A stretch of 64,000 nt of DNA, taken from the NCBI GenBank assembly GCA_964234715.1, contig OZ174279.1, one strand, 5' to 3'. Positions 63,385 to 64,000 of the stretch are shown piece by piece (positions within the stretch are counted from its first letter, which is position 1; every line of letters begins with the position of its first letter). Under the pieces are notes generated by a model. That model was given only the letters and a program-made list of their open reading frames with translations, ran no database searches and was not told where the DNA came from. This stretch comes from Podarcis melisellensis (Eukaryota). Made by a program: the position numbers and the translations under genes.

Positions 63385-64000
63385 CCCTTCCAGTCGGGAT
63401 TCAGGCCTCATCATGGGACTGAAACTGCCTTGGTCACACTGGTTGATGATCTCCGGCGGGCTAGGGACAAAGGTGAGAGCTGTTTCCTAGTTCTGCTGGA
63501 TCTCTCAGCAGCGTTTGATACCATCGACCATAACATCCTTCTGGGCCGTCTTGAGGGGCTGGGAGCTGGGGGCACTGTCCTACAGTGGTTCCGCTCCTTC
63601 CTCCTGGGCCGTGTTCAGAAAGTGGTGGTGGGGGGTGAGTGTTCAGACCCCTGGGCTCTCACTTGTGGGGTGCCTCAGGGTTCTGTCCTCTCCCCCATGC
63701 TTTTCAACATTTACATGCAGCCGCTGGGAGAGATCATCAGGAGGTTTGGGCTGGGTGTTCATCAGTATGCAGATGATACCCAGCTCTACCTCTCTTTTAA
63801 ATCAGAACCAGTGAGGGCAGTGAAGGTCCTGTGTGAGTGTCTGGAGGTGGTTGGAGGATGGATGGCGGCTAACAGATTGAGGTTGAATCCTGACAAGACA
63901 GAAGTACTGTTTCTGGGGGACAGGAGGCGGAGGAAGGAGCGGACAGGAAGGAGCGTCTCCACCCCCATCATTCTGCCCGGACGCTGAGGTCCAGCGCCGA
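63385..64000 (+). mobile_element. L2 LINE ORF2 reverse-transcriptase fragment (5'-truncated, internally deleted, runs off the window)
   Basis: Uninterrupted frame with PFQSGFRPHHGTETALV, LLDLSAAFDTIDH, GVPQGSVLSP, YADDTQLY and LRLNPDKTEV. After ~63947 the sequence matches the L2 3' region at 26216 onward. Confidence 0.93.

Overview
Vertebrate nuclear DNA. The repeat inventory points to a squamate, probably a lacertid lizard (inference): Sauria SINEs, Bov-B/RTE LINEs, CR1, L2, L1, Penelope-like remnants, and mariner/Tigger and hAT MITEs. No prokaryotic features, CRISPR arrays, rRNA or intact tRNA genes were seen. No multi-exon protein-coding gene could be identified. The window looks like a long intron with several repeat-poor blocks that may be conserved non-coding elements. 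Positions ~1-4664 may be the terminal exon/3' UTR of an unidentified minus-strand gene. The ORFs in the supplied track that I could interpret are transposon fragments, antisense frames, repeats or gap artefacts; the rest are short and carry no recognisable domain. Most notable: (1) a 93-bp near-perfect inverted repeat at 15801-15995 from a Penelope-like element, with an intact minimal type-I hammerhead ribozyme core on each strand; (2) a TSD-bounded, 5'-inverted Bov-B insertion with a twin-priming-like structure; (3) three copies of a TIR element with 6-bp TSDs that carries a captured L2 3' tail; (4) several nested insertions, including a MITE inserted into an older relative. One 326-N assembly gap lies at 6806-7131. 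All family names come from motif recognition, not database searches.
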